Assembly (NCBI GenBank): GCA_049428925.1
Contig: JBMTAR010000001.1
Coordinates: forward strand, 1-33,805
Source: Gemmatimonadaceae bacterium
GTDB lineage: Bacteria; Gemmatimonadota; Gemmatimonadetes; Gemmatimonadales; Gemmatimonadaceae
Direction: 5' to 3'
Length of the DNA: 33,805 nt
The notes beneath the pieces were generated by a model. It saw only the letters and a program-made list of their open reading frames with translations. It was not told the origin of the DNA and made no database searches. Positions 1-8,822 of this stretch are shown in pieces. The position numbers and the translations under genes are program-made. Position 1 is the stretch's first letter. Every line of letters begins with the position of its first letter.

Positions 1-2
1 CG

Positions 3-3000
3 GCGCCCGGGCCGAAGCGCGCGCGGAGCCGCACCGCCTTCGGCAGCGTCTTCGTTCTCGAGCAGGTGGCGCTTCGCGATGGTGTCATCGACGTCACGAT
101 GCCGTGGAGCCCCCCCGATTCGCTGCGCGGTGTGCGACGCGACAGCGCCATCGCGGTGGCGCTCGCCGACCCCGCGCCCGAGACGCGGCGCACGTCGGCG
201 GGCCTGGCGCGCACCTGGCGCTGGACGGGGATGCAGCTCGACCTGCCGCGTCTGCGGCTCGCGTACCCCGATTCGGCGGGGCTCCTTGTACACGTCGCCC
301 ACGCGGCGATGGTCGAGAACGATCCGCCCTTCACGATCCGCGATCTCTCGGGGCAGCTGCGCGTGCTCGGGGACTCGCTCTTCCTCGACTTCCCGACGAT
401 GCGGCTCGCCGAATCGGTCGGTCGGGCCGGCGGTCGGATCTGGTGGGGTGGGGAGCTCCCCGCCCGCATCCGCATCCGCGTCGACGGCGATTCGATCTCG
501 CTGGCGGACCTCGCCTGGATCTCGCCGTCGCTCCCGGAGCGCGGCGGGGGATCGATGGTCCTCGAGATCCGGGACGTCCCGTCGATCCGCGGCGGGTTGC
601 AGTTCGCGCTCTCCGACCTCGACGTGCGCACCTTCCGGTCCCGGCTCCTCGGCCAGATGACGTTCGTCGTCGGTGGCCCGGTCCTCGTGATGCGAGACGT
701 CGACGTGCAGGCGGCGCCCGTGGACGTGGCGCTGCTGGAGCGCGTCGGCGGGCCGCTCCCGTACCCCTTCGCGGGGGCACTCACGGGGCGACTCCGCGGG
801 CCCGGCGGCCCGCTCAACCGATTCCGGGTGGCGGACGCGGCTCTCGTCTACCGCGACGCGAATGTCCCGGGCGCGCGCACCCGGGCCAGCGGGCAGGGCA
901 CCCTCGACCTGCTGCGGCCCGCCGTGACCGCGTTCGACGCGTTCCAGCTCCGCCTCGACACACTCGACCTGCGCACGTTGCAGGCCGCCAATCCGTCGAT
1001 GCCCGCGCTCCGCGGCGTGCTCGCGGGGACCGTGCGGCTCGACGGGCCGTGGAACGACGTGCGCTTCCGCGACCTCGACCTCACGCACCGCGACAGCGCC
1101 TTCGCGCCCTCGCAGTTCCGAGGGTCGGGGCGCGTCACCATCGGTGAGGTCATCCGCTACGACCTCGATCTCCTCGCGCTGCCGCTGGCGATGAGCACGA
1201 TGGCGCAGTCCTTCCCTGCGATCCCGCTGCGCGGCGACCACGCGGGGCCGGTCCGCGTGCGCGGGACGACCGACTCCCTCACCCTCGTCGCCGACCTCTC
1301 GGGCGCGCACGGGCGCGTCGAGGTCGATCTCGAACTCGACAGCGAGGCGCCGGGATATCGCGCCGTCGGACGTGCCGCCGTCGCGGGGTTCGACCCGCGG
1401 GGCGCGCTCGGGGACTCGACGCTCCCGCGCGGCGACCTGAACGCCCGCGTCGAGGCGGCGGTCACCGGCGACTCCCTGGCGAACCTCGAGGGGGTGCTCG
1501 GCCTCTTCGTCGACCGCTCCACCGTCGAAGGCGTCCGCGTCTTCGACGGCGTGGGCCGGCTCCGGTTCGCCGACGGCCGCGCGCACGTCGACTCGCTCCA
1601 TCTGGAGACCACCGCCGTCGAGCTCAACGGGGTGGGCGCGCTCGGACTTCATCCGGGGCGCCGCGAGACGCTCGCGCTCCGCGCCCGCGTCGATTCGCTC
1701 GGTGGGGTCCGTCGGCTCCTCGGCCTCGGCATCGCCGATACCCTCGCGGGCAGTCTCCGGATCGACGGGAGCGCGGCCGGCTGGGTGCGGGACTTCGCAT
1801 TTGATGGGCGGCTCGACGGTACGGGGCTGCTCCTCGGCGGCAACGACGCGCGGGCGGTGGACGGGACCGTGGCGCTCGCCGGGCTCCCCGCGGCGCCGCG
1901 TGGCGTCCTCTCCCTCGGCGCCGACACCGTGCGGGCCGCGGGCTTCGGGTTCACGCGCGCCTTCGCGCGCGCTGCCATCACCGACGGCACGCGCGGGGCG
2001 GTCGAGCTCCAGCTCGCGGGGGCGAGCGGGACCCTCGCGCGGGCGCGCACCCGGTACGTGCTCGGAGCGGACACCACCACCCTTCTCGTCGACTCCCTCG
2101 TGATCGCGACGGGGCTTCAGCGGTGGGCCCTCGCCGGCCCGGGGCGGTTCACGAGCTACGCGGGGGGCTTCGCGAGCGACGCGTTCGAGCTGCGCGGTGC
2201 GACCGGGTCGGCGATCCGGGTGAGCGGGGCGGTGCCGCGGGACGGCGGCGCGGACCTCGCGCTCCGGGCCATCGCGCTCCCCGTCGCCGACGTCGCCGAG
2301 CTGCTGCAGGTGACGGGGACGCAGACGGGACGCATCGACCTCGACGCGCGCGTCACGGGGACGCGGCTCCAGCCGCGCCTCGAGGGGCGTGCGACGCTGA
2401 CGGACGCGCTCGTGAAGGGCGTGCGCGTCGATTCCCTGACCGTCAGTGCGCTCGCAGCGGTCGATGCGCTGCGCGTGACCGCCACCCTCGGGAGTGCGCG
2501 CGCACCGGCGCTCGCCGTCGACGGGCGGATCCCAATGGTCGTGACCCTCGCGGGCGACGGCCTGCGACCCGAGGCCGACGCCCCGCTCCAGGTGACGGTC
2601 CGCTCGGACAGCGTCAGCCTGCGGCTCTTCGACCTGTACACCGCCGCCTCCGACGGTGATGCCGGGAGCTTCGCGCTCAATCTCGACGTCGGCGGGACCT
2701 GGGCGAAGCCGCGCGTGAACGGCGGGCTCGTCGTCCGCGACGGCAACCTCCAGGTCGCGCCGCTCGGCGACGTGCGGTGGCGGGACCTGAACGCCGACAT
2801 CGGGCTCGTCGGGGACAGCATCGCGATCCGGCGTTTCGCGGCGACCTCGCGCGCGGAGAACCGCACCGGGCGCGCCGCGATCGCGGGGTGGCTCTCGCTC
2901 GCGGACCGCGCGAACCCGCGCTTCGACGTCGCCGTGCGCGCCAACACCTTCCACGTGTACAACGTGCGCGATGTGGCGGACATCGACCTCTCGGACAGCC

Positions 3001-4124
3001 TGCGGATCGCGGGGTCGCTGAAGGCCGCTACCCTCAGCGGCGCGCTCACCGCCGACCGCGCGATCATCAGCATCCCCGAGGTCGCCACCAAGAGCGTGAT
3101 CTCGCTCGAGGAGTTCGACCGCTTCGGGATCATCGACACGGCGGCGCTCGTCGCGCAGCGCCTCCTCCCCGGCTCCTCGTCGCAGTTCATCGACAACCTG
3201 ACCGTGCGCAACGTCCCCGTGCGGATGGGGCGCGACGTCTGGCTGCGCTCCGAGGAAGCGAATGTGAATCTCGGCGGCGCCGTCTCCATTACCCGCAGCC
3301 GACAGGGCCGTGGCCGCGATGCGGCGGCGCAGCTCGCGCTCACCGGGACGCTGCAGACGGTGCGCGGTACCTACCGCCTGAACCTCGGTCCAGTGCAGCG
3401 GACCTTCGAGGTGGAGCGCGGGGAGATCTCGTTCTTCGGCGAGCCCGACCTCAATCCGACCATCGACATCGCCGCGCTGCACACGGTGCGGCAGTACAGC
3501 AAGCAGGGCGCGCAGCCCGATGTCCGGGTGCGCGTGAACATCGGCGGGACGTTGCTCGCGCCGAGCGCGACGCTCTCCACCCCCGACTCGGCCCGCGTCA
3601 AGAACGCGGACCTGATCAGCTACCTCGTCACCGGCGGCCCGAGCTTCGAGATCGCCGCGCAGAGCTCGGACTACTACGCCTCGACCGCGGCGCGCGTGCT
3701 CCTCGCGTCGCGCGGCAGCGGGGCGGGGGGGAAGGCGGCGGGGGGCCTCTGCGACGATGCCGTCCTCTCGACCTCCGGCGCCGATCAGTCGCAGCGCGGG
3801 CTCGCCAACCTGGGCTCCAGCATCCTCGAGGGGGTCCGCTTCAACTGTGCCAAGCAGGTCGGGGCCAAGGCCTTCGTGCGCCTCGACGCCGGCCTCTGCC
3901 AGGTGAGTCAGTTCGTCTCCGGGAGCGGCGGGGGGTCGGCGTCGGCCCTCGCGAATTCGATCGGCGTGAAGCTTGATTATCTGATGCGGCCGACGCTGAC
4001 GGTCTCCGCGGGTGTGGAGCCCCCGACCAGCGCCGTCCTCTGTTCGCAGAATGTGAATGCGCGCGGCTTCGTCCCGACGCCGCAGCAGTTCGGCTTCGAC
4101 CTCTTCCGTGCCTGGCGGTTCTGA
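3..4124 (+). CDS. tamB: Translocation/assembly module TamB / AsmA-like protein (DUF490-type C-terminus), 5'-truncated by the window edge
   Basis: Frame is open from position 3 (>1350 aa) with repeated amphipathic beta-strand segments. The C-terminal region (GTLQTVRGTYRL...FEVERGEISFFGEPDLNPTIDIAA...VRVNIGGTLLAP...LISYLVTG) resembles DUF490 and the protein ends in AWRF. Confidence 0.8.
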   Translation, partial: APGPKRARSRTAFGSVFVLEQVALRDGVIDVTMPWSPPDSLRGVRRDSAIAVALADPAPETRRTSAGLARTWRWTGMQLDLPRLRLAYPDSAGLLVHVAHAAMVENDPPFTIRDLSGQLRVLGDSLFLDFPTMRLAESVGRAGGRIWWGGELPARIRIRVDGDSISLADLAWISPSLPERGGGSMVLEIRDVPSIRGGLQFALSDLDVRTFRSRLLGQMTFVVGGPVLVMRDVDVQAAPVDVALLERVGGPLPYPFAGALTGRLRGPGGPLNRFRVADAALVYRDANVPGARTRASGQGTLDLLRPAVTAFDAFQLRLDTLDLRTLQAANPSMPALRGVLAGTVRLDGPWNDVRFRDLDLTHRDSAFAPSQFRGSGRVTIGEVIRYDLDLLALPLAMSTMAQSFPAIPLRGDHAGPVRVRGTTDSLTLVADLSGAHGRVEVDLELDSEAPGYRAVGRAAVAGFDPRGALGDSTLPRGDLNARVEAAVTGDSLANLEGVLGLFVDRSTVEGVRVFDGVGRLRFADGRAHVDSLHLETTAVELNGVGALGLHPGRRETLALRARVDSLGGVRRLLGLGIADTLAGSLRIDGSAAGWVRDFAFDGRLDGTGLLLGGNDARAVDGTVALAGLPAAPRGVLSLGADTVRAAGFGFTRAFARAAITDGTRGAVELQLAGASGTLARARTRYVLGADTTTLLVDSLVIATGLQRWALAGPGRFTSYAGGFASDAFELRGATGSAIRVSGAVPRDGGADLALRAIALPVADVAELLQVTGTQTGRIDLDARVTGTRLQPRLEGRATLTDALVKGVRVDSLTVSALAAVDALRVTATLGSARAPALAVDGRIPMVVTLAGDGLRPEADAPLQVTVRSDSVSLRLFDLYTAASDGDAGSFALNLDVGGTWAKPRVNGGLVVRDGNLQVAPLGDVRWRDLNADIGLVGDSIAIRRFAATSRAENRTGRAAIAGWLSLADRANPRFDVAVRANTFHVYNVRDVADIDLSDSLRIAGSLKAATLSGALTADRAIISIPEVATKSVISLEEFDRFGIIDTAALVAQRLLPGSSSQFIDNLTVRNVPVRMGRDVWLRSEEANVNLGGAVSITRSRQGRGRDAAAQLALTGTLQTVRGTYRLNLGPVQRTFEVERGEISFFGEPDLNPTIDIAALHTVRQYSKQGAQPDVRVRVNIGGTLLAPSATLSTPDSARVKNADLISYLVTGGPSFEIAAQSSDYYASTAARVLLASRGSGAGGKAAGGLCDDAVLSTSGADQSQRGLANLGSSILEGVRFNCAKQVGAKAFVRLDAGLCQVSQFVSGSGGGSASALANSIGVKLDYLMRPTLTVSAGVEPPTSAVLCSQNVNARGFVPTPQQFGFDLFRAWRF

Positions 4125-4128
4125 TTCC

Positions 4129-4671
4129 GTGGCCCCTTCCACGCACCTCCTCATCGTCGACGACGAAGTGGCCTACGCCGACGCCCTCGCCCACTTCCTG
4201 CGGCACGAGGGCTATTCGGTGGGCACGGCGTACACGATTGCGGACGCCCGCGCGGCGATCGGCGCCAGGACGCCACAGCTCATCGTGCTCGACGTCCGTC
4301 TCCCCGACGGGAGCGGGCTCGACCTCCTCGCCGAGCTCCGCGCCCCGCGCCCCGCGGTCATCGTCCTCACGGGGTTCGGCGATGTCCCGCTCGCCGTCGA
4401 CGCGATGCAGCGCGGCGCGACCGATTTCCTGACCAAGCCGGTCGAACTCCCGGTCCTCTCGACCGCGGTGCGGCGAGCGCTCGAACGGGTGGTCGCGCGG
4501 ACCTCCGGTCCCGCATCGCTCGACGCCGTCGAGCGCGCGCACATCGCTGATGTCCTGCAGGCGCACGGCGGGAACCGGACCCACGCCGCGCGTGCGCTCG
4601 GCATCTCGCGGGCCACGCTCATCAAGAAGATTCGCGACTACGGCCTCCGGGCGATCGATGACGCCTCCTGA
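4129..4671 (+). CDS. Response regulator: receiver domain plus Fis-type HTH, no AAA+ domain
   Basis: GTG at 4129, 4 nt after the tamB stop. Receiver motifs LIVDDE, VLDVRLPDGSG, VLTGFG and FLTKPV; C-terminal SLDAVERAHI...GGNRTHAARALGISRATLIKK is a Fis/NtrC-type HTH. Confidence 0.9.
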   Translation: MAPSTHLLIVDDEVAYADALAHFLRHEGYSVGTAYTIADARAAIGARTPQLIVLDVRLPDGSGLDLLAELRAPRPAVIVLTGFGDVPLAVDAMQRGATDFLTKPVELPVLSTAVRRALERVVARTSGPASLDAVERAHIADVLQAHGGNRTHAARALGISRATLIKKIRDYGLRAIDDAS

Positions 4672-4831
4672 CCATCTCCCCTGCGCGGCCTGCGGCGCCT
4701 ATGAGCGCGCCGCGGAGGGCGCGCCGTGCGCCGGGTGCGAGGCCTTCCTCTGCGCCCTCTGCACCCTGCGGGGCGTCATCGCCTGTGCGGCCTGCGAGGC
4801 GGCGGCATCCGCGCCGCCCGCCACGTCGTGA
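4658..4831 (+). CDS. Putative 57-aa Cys-rich (4x CxxC) zinc-binding microprotein
   Basis: ATG at 4658 lies inside the end of the regulator gene. Protein MTPPDHLPCAACGAYERAAEGAPCAGCEAFLCALCTLRGVIACAACEAAASAPPATS fills the gap between two genes, and its TGA overlaps the next GTG (GTGA 4828-4831). Confidence 0.7.
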   Translation: MTPPDHLPCAACGAYERAAEGAPCAGCEAFLCALCTLRGVIACAACEAAASAPPATS

Positions 4832-5784
4832 CGCTCTCGCTCGCGCGCTTCGGCCTCGCGGTCGGGCACGCCACGGACGCGGTAGGCGGGACGGGATGCA
4901 CCGTGGTGCGGGGCGTTGACGCACCGCTGCTCGGCGCCGGCGCGGTCATCGGGCGGGCGACGGGCTCACGGGAGTTGGCGCTCCTCGAGCCAGGCCATCT
5001 CGTCGAGCGTGTCGATGCGATCCTTCTCGCCGGCGGCTCCGCCTACGGTCTCGACGCCGCGGCTGGTGTGATGCAGTGGATGGAGGAGCGGGGTCGCGGC
5101 TTTCCCGTGGGACCCGGCGTCGTGCCGATCGTCCCCGCCGCGGTGCTGTTCGACCTCGCGCCGTGCGGGCGGTTCGACGCCCGCCCGACACCGGCGATGG
5201 CCTACGCGGCCTGCGCCTCGGCCACCGTCGACGGTATCGCGGAAGGGTCGGTGGGCGCCGGCACCGGTCTCACGGTGGGGAAGTGTCTCGGGTCCACGGG
5301 TGCGATGAAGGGCGGGCTCGGCGTCGCTGTGGCCGAGGGTGTGGGATGCGCCGCGGCCGCCATCGTCGCGGTCAACGCGTTCGGCGATGTCCGCGACGCC
5401 TCCGGTGCCATCGTCGCTGGCGCGCGCGGGTCGGATGGGCGGTTCGTCGATACCGCATCTCACCTCGCGCGGCAGGGCACCCCGCCGGCCTTCCGCGCGG
5501 CGGCGCCAAACACGACGCTCGCCGTCGTCGCCGTGGACGTTGCCCTCTCGCGGATCGCGCTCCAGGGGGTCGCCCGTGCCGCGACCGCGGCGTACCATCG
5601 CCGCATCACCCCGGCCGGCTCCCGTGTCGACGGGGACATCGTCTTCGCGCTCGCGCCGATGGCGGGTCCCGCCGCGGATGCGGGGCAGGCGGAGATGCTC
5701 GCCGTCGAGGCGTTGGAGCTGGCCATCGAGCGGGCGGTGCGTCTGGCCCGCGGGCGTGACGGCGTGCCGGGTCTCGCCGACTAG
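4828..5784 (+). CDS. P1/S58 family peptidase (DmpA-like L-aminopeptidase/D-esterase)
   Basis: Motifs VGHATD..GTGCTVV, LAGGSAYGLDAAAGV, VPIVPAAVLFDL, EGSVGAGTG, KGGLG, NTTLAVVA (probable autocleavage/nucleophile) and DGDIVFAL. Start set at GTG 4828 from the GTGA overlap. Confidence 0.9.
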   Translation: MTLSLARFGLAVGHATDAVGGTGCTVVRGVDAPLLGAGAVIGRATGSRELALLEPGHLVERVDAILLAGGSAYGLDAAAGVMQWMEERGRGFPVGPGVVPIVPAAVLFDLAPCGRFDARPTPAMAYAACASATVDGIAEGSVGAGTGLTVGKCLGSTGAMKGGLGVAVAEGVGCAAAAIVAVNAFGDVRDASGAIVAGARGSDGRFVDTASHLARQGTPPAFRAAAPNTTLAVVAVDVALSRIALQGVARAATAAYHRRITPAGSRVDGDIVFALAPMAGPAADAGQAEMLAVEALELAIERAVRLARGRDGVPGLAD

Positions 5785-6206
5785 GAGACGAGCCCGCCCA
5801 TCGGTGGGAGGGTCGGCGCGCCGGCGCGCACGTGCAGCGGCAGCTCGGCGTGCAGCGTCCCATCGAGCACCACGCGCAGTCGATGCGTTCCGCCGTCGCG
5901 GACCGGGAGATCGATCGCGGCGATCACCGGCACGTCGAGCTCGACCGCGCCGGGCGGTGGCGGCCCGACCTCCAGCTCCCCCGTCGACGACCAGAGCTCC
6001 TCTCCGTCGGGCCCCACCCAGGCGAAGCCGAGCGTGTGCCGCCCAGCGTCCTCGGCGTGGGCTTTGAGTCGCACCACGAGCGTCGCGCGAGGATGTACGG
6101 CCGGGAGGGATGCGACCTGCAGGGCATCGAACACCCCAAGGATGTTGAGCTTCCCTTCCTGCGAGAGGTTTGCGGCGTCCGCGAAGAGGGCGAAGGAGAC
6201 GTGCAT
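5781..6206 (-). CDS. Conserved hypothetical beta-sandwich protein (DUF6941-like)
   Basis: 141 aa. N-terminus FALFADAANLSQEGKLNILGVFD resembles a widespread uncharacterised family; codon usage is typical and a TATCTT box lies 6 nt upstream. Confidence 0.7.
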   Translation of the reverse strand: MHVSFALFADAANLSQEGKLNILGVFDALQVASLPAVHPRATLVVRLKAHAEDAGRHTLGFAWVGPDGEELWSSTGELEVGPPPPGAVELDVPVIAAIDLPVRDGGTHRLRVVLDGTLHAELPLHVRAGAPTLPPMGGLVS

Positions 6207-6212
6207 CGCTCA

Positions 6213-6218
6213 AAGATA
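6213..6218 (-). promoter_or_regulatory. -10-like box TATCTT, 6 nt before the ATG at 6206 (putative leaderless promoter)
   Basis: Minus strand reads ccc-TATCTT-tgagcg-ATG. Confidence 0.6.
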
Positions 6219-6239
6219 GGGGGCGCACGTCGGCGTCGT

Positions 6240-6245
6240 TAGAAT
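6240..6245 (+). promoter_or_regulatory. -10-like box TAGAAT, 6 nt before the ATG at 6252 (putative leaderless promoter)
   Basis: cgt-TAGAAT-tgaggg-ATG. The spacer GAGGG could alternatively be a too-close SD. Confidence 0.55.
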
Positions 6246-6251
6246 TGAGGG

Positions 6252-7148
6252 ATGCCCACCGCCACGCCCGCCGCACCGCCACGCCCGACCCGACGCACCA
6301 CCGAGGCGGGTCTCGTCGCGATGGCGATGATCTGGGGCGTGAACTTCTCGGTCGTGAAGTACGGGACGCAGGTGATGGCGCCGCTCGCCTTCAACGTCCT
6401 GCGGATGGGGCTCGGCTGCGTCGTCCTCGTCACACTCGCCCAGTGGTGGCCTGGGCCCCGGCCCTCGGCCCGTGACCGCTGGCGGCTGATGGGTCTCGGC
6501 GTCATCGGGCACTGCATCTACCAGGTGCTCTTCATCACCGGGCTCGCGCGCACGCGGGCCGGCACCGCCGCCCTCGTCGTCGCGGCGAGTCCCGCGGCCG
6601 TGGCGATCGTCGCCCGCGCCTTCGGCCACGAGCGCCTCACCTCCCGCGCGGTGCTCGGGATCGTGGCGTCCATCGCCGGCGTCGGCCTCGTCCTCGGTGG
6701 GAGCCTGCAGGTGGACGGCACCAGCCATCTCGTCGGTGATCTCTTCATCCTCGGCGCCGTCTGCTGCTGGGCGTTCTACACGAGCGGGCTGATGCCGCTC
6801 ACCAAGCGGGTGGAGTCGGTGCAGGTGGCGGCGTGGACCCTGGTCGGTGGCGTGGTACCGCTCACCATCCTCGCCCTCCCCTCGCTCTGGGCGACCGACT
6901 GGGCCGCGGTCAACTGGCTGACCTGGGGCGCGGTGGTCTACGCCGGCGTCCTCGCGATGGTCATCGCGTACCTCTTCTGGTACCGTGGCGTTCACGAGAT
7001 TGGGCCGACGCGCACCGCGATGTACGCAAACCTGCAGCCGATCGTCGCGGTGCTCGTCGCGTGGGTCGCCCTTGGCGAGATCCCGACGGTCGCTCAGGGC
7101 CTTGGCGCCGCGACCGTGATCGGCGGCCTCTATCTCTCGCGCACGTGA
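6252..7148 (+). CDS. DMT/EamA family transporter
   Basis: 298 aa with about 10 hydrophobic segments; IWGVNFSVVK and YLFWYRGVHEIGPTRTAMYANLQPIVAVLVAWVALGE are typical of EamA repeats. Confidence 0.93.
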   Translation: MPTATPAAPPRPTRRTTEAGLVAMAMIWGVNFSVVKYGTQVMAPLAFNVLRMGLGCVVLVTLAQWWPGPRPSARDRWRLMGLGVIGHCIYQVLFITGLARTRAGTAALVVAASPAAVAIVARAFGHERLTSRAVLGIVASIAGVGLVLGGSLQVDGTSHLVGDLFILGAVCCWAFYTSGLMPLTKRVESVQVAAWTLVGGVVPLTILALPSLWATDWAAVNWLTWGAVVYAGVLAMVIAYLFWYRGVHEIGPTRTAMYANLQPIVAVLVAWVALGEIPTVAQGLGAATVIGGLYLSRT

Positions 7149-7840
7149 CGACCGTCGTCCTCTTCGACATCGATGGCACGCTCCTCTCGAGCGACGGCGC
7201 CGGGCGCACGGCGATGGAGGCGGCGCTGCACGCCGTCTTCGGCACGCGCGGGCCCGCCGGCTATCGCTACGATGGGAAGACCGATCCGCTGATCGTGCGG
7301 GAGTCGATGCGGCATGCGGGGCTCGACGACGCGACGATCGAGGCGGGAATGTCGGAGGTGAGCGCGCGCTACCTCGCGGGGCGCTGGGTGGCGCTGCTGG
7401 ACCCGGCGCGCCTCGCGCGCACGCTCCCCGGCGTCCCGGCGCTGGTCGAGGCGGTGCACGCGGCCGACGACCTGATGCTCGGGCTTCTCACGGGGAATGT
7501 CGTCGAGGGGGCGACCCGCAAGCTCGAGGCGGTGGGGCTCGCGCCCGCACGGTTCGTGGTGGGGGCTTTCGGCTCCGACCACGAGCAGCGCCCCGCGCTC
7601 GCCCCCGTCGCGCAGGCCCGCGCTGAGGCCCGGCTCGGGCGGTCGGTTCCCGGGGAGCGCTTCGTCATCATCGGTGACACCCCCGCGGACCTCACCTGCG
7701 GCCGCGGCATCGGTGCACGCGCCATCGGTGTCGCGACCGGCGGCTACCGCCGCGCGGAGCTCGAGGGGTATGAGGCCTTCGCGCTCGTCGATGACCTCGC
7801 CGACACCGGGGCGATGCTGGAGTTGATCCGTGGCGCGTGA
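7145..7840 (+). CDS. HAD-superfamily hydrolase (phosphoglycolate-phosphatase-like)
   Basis: GTG 7145 overlaps the DMT stop (GTGA). Motif I LFDIDGTLL, motif II LLTGN, motif IV IIGDTPAD. Confidence 0.9.
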   Translation: MTTVVLFDIDGTLLSSDGAGRTAMEAALHAVFGTRGPAGYRYDGKTDPLIVRESMRHAGLDDATIEAGMSEVSARYLAGRWVALLDPARLARTLPGVPALVEAVHAADDLMLGLLTGNVVEGATRKLEAVGLAPARFVVGAFGSDHEQRPALAPVAQARAEARLGRSVPGERFVIIGDTPADLTCGRGIGARAIGVATGGYRRAELEGYEAFALVDDLADTGAMLELIRGA

Positions 7841-8423
7841 GGTGGAGCTGAAGGCCATCGTCCCCGACCTCACGGTCGCGGTGACGCGCGTCCTCGAGGC
7901 GGGCGGCGCGCCGGGCTTCGTCGGCCGCCTCGAGGACCGGCGGTATGACACCCCCGACCGCGCGCTCGCCCTCCGCGACCACGTGCTCCGGCTCCGCGTC
8001 TATCGCGGCGACGTGCCCGACGGTCGCCTCGACTGGAAGGGGCCAACGACCTACGTCGATGGCTACAAGGTCCGAGAGGAACACACCGTCACCGTCGGCG
8101 ATCCGGACGAGCTCGCGACCATGCTCGACCGGCTCGGGTACGTGGTAACGCGTGAGATCGACCGTGAGATCCGGCAGTTCACGGTGCACGGGGCCGTCGT
8201 GCGGTTCGAGTGCTATCCCCGGCTCGACGACCTCGTCGAGGTCGAAGGGGAGCCGGCGGCAATCGAGGCCGCCATCGGCGTCCTCGCGCTTCCGCGGGAG
8301 ACATTCACCACCGGGCGGCTCCCGGATTTCGTGCGAGACTACGAGGCCCGCACGGGTCAGCGCGCCGCGCTCTGCGACCGTGAGCTCGACGGGGACTACC
8401 GCTACTCGGCGACCGATGCCTGA
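7830..8423 (+). CDS. CYTH-domain protein (class IV adenylate cyclase / triphosphate tunnel metalloenzyme)
   Basis: N-terminal ExExK (REVELK), plus LRLR, WKGP...KVREE and LVEVEG motifs. Confidence 0.85.
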   Translation: MAREVELKAIVPDLTVAVTRVLEAGGAPGFVGRLEDRRYDTPDRALALRDHVLRLRVYRGDVPDGRLDWKGPTTYVDGYKVREEHTVTVGDPDELATMLDRLGYVVTREIDREIRQFTVHGAVVRFECYPRLDDLVEVEGEPAAIEAAIGVLALPRETFTTGRLPDFVRDYEARTGQRAALCDRELDGDYRYSATDA

Positions 8424-8441
8424 GGGCGTGGCGGAGCGCCG

Positions 8442-8822
8442 GTGATCCTCGGGCTCGGGATCGATCTCGTGGAGGTCGCACGGGTGGAATCACTCGTCGC
8501 GCGGCACCCCGCGCGGGCCGCGGCGCGCCTCTTCACGGAGGGCGAGTGGACCTACGCGTCGACGAAGGGGCGGCCGGCGCTGCATCTCGCGGCGCGATTC
8601 GCGGCGAAGGAGGCGGCCTTCAAGGCGCTCGCCGGGAGCGACGACGCCCGGGCCATCGGCTGGCGTGAGATCGAGGTCGTGCGCGCGGCCGACGGCGCCC
8701 CGGCGCTCCGGCTACACGGACGGGCTGAGGCACGCGCGCGTGTGCTCGGCGTCCGCACCATCCATCTGAGCCTCACGCACACGGCCGACACGGCGGCCGC
8801 GGTCGTCATCCTCGAGTCGTAG
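8442..8822 (+). CDS. acpS: Holo-[acyl-carrier-protein] synthase
   Basis: GLGIDLVEV, FTEGE, AARFAAKEAAFKAL, G-A-P and HLSLTHT motifs. Confidence 0.95.
   Translation: MILGLGIDLVEVARVESLVARHPARAAARLFTEGEWTYASTKGRPALHLAARFAAKEAAFKALAGSDDARAIGWREIEVVRAADGAPALRLHGRAEARARVLGVRTIHLSLTHTADTAAAVVILES

Noticed and set aside
5781-8822. Convergent gene overlaps (shared CTAG at 5781-5784; acpS/lgt 17-nt overlap at 8806-8822) as antisense regulation
   Set aside because: Short tail-to-tail overlaps are common in compact GC-rich genomes, and nothing else supports a regulatory role.
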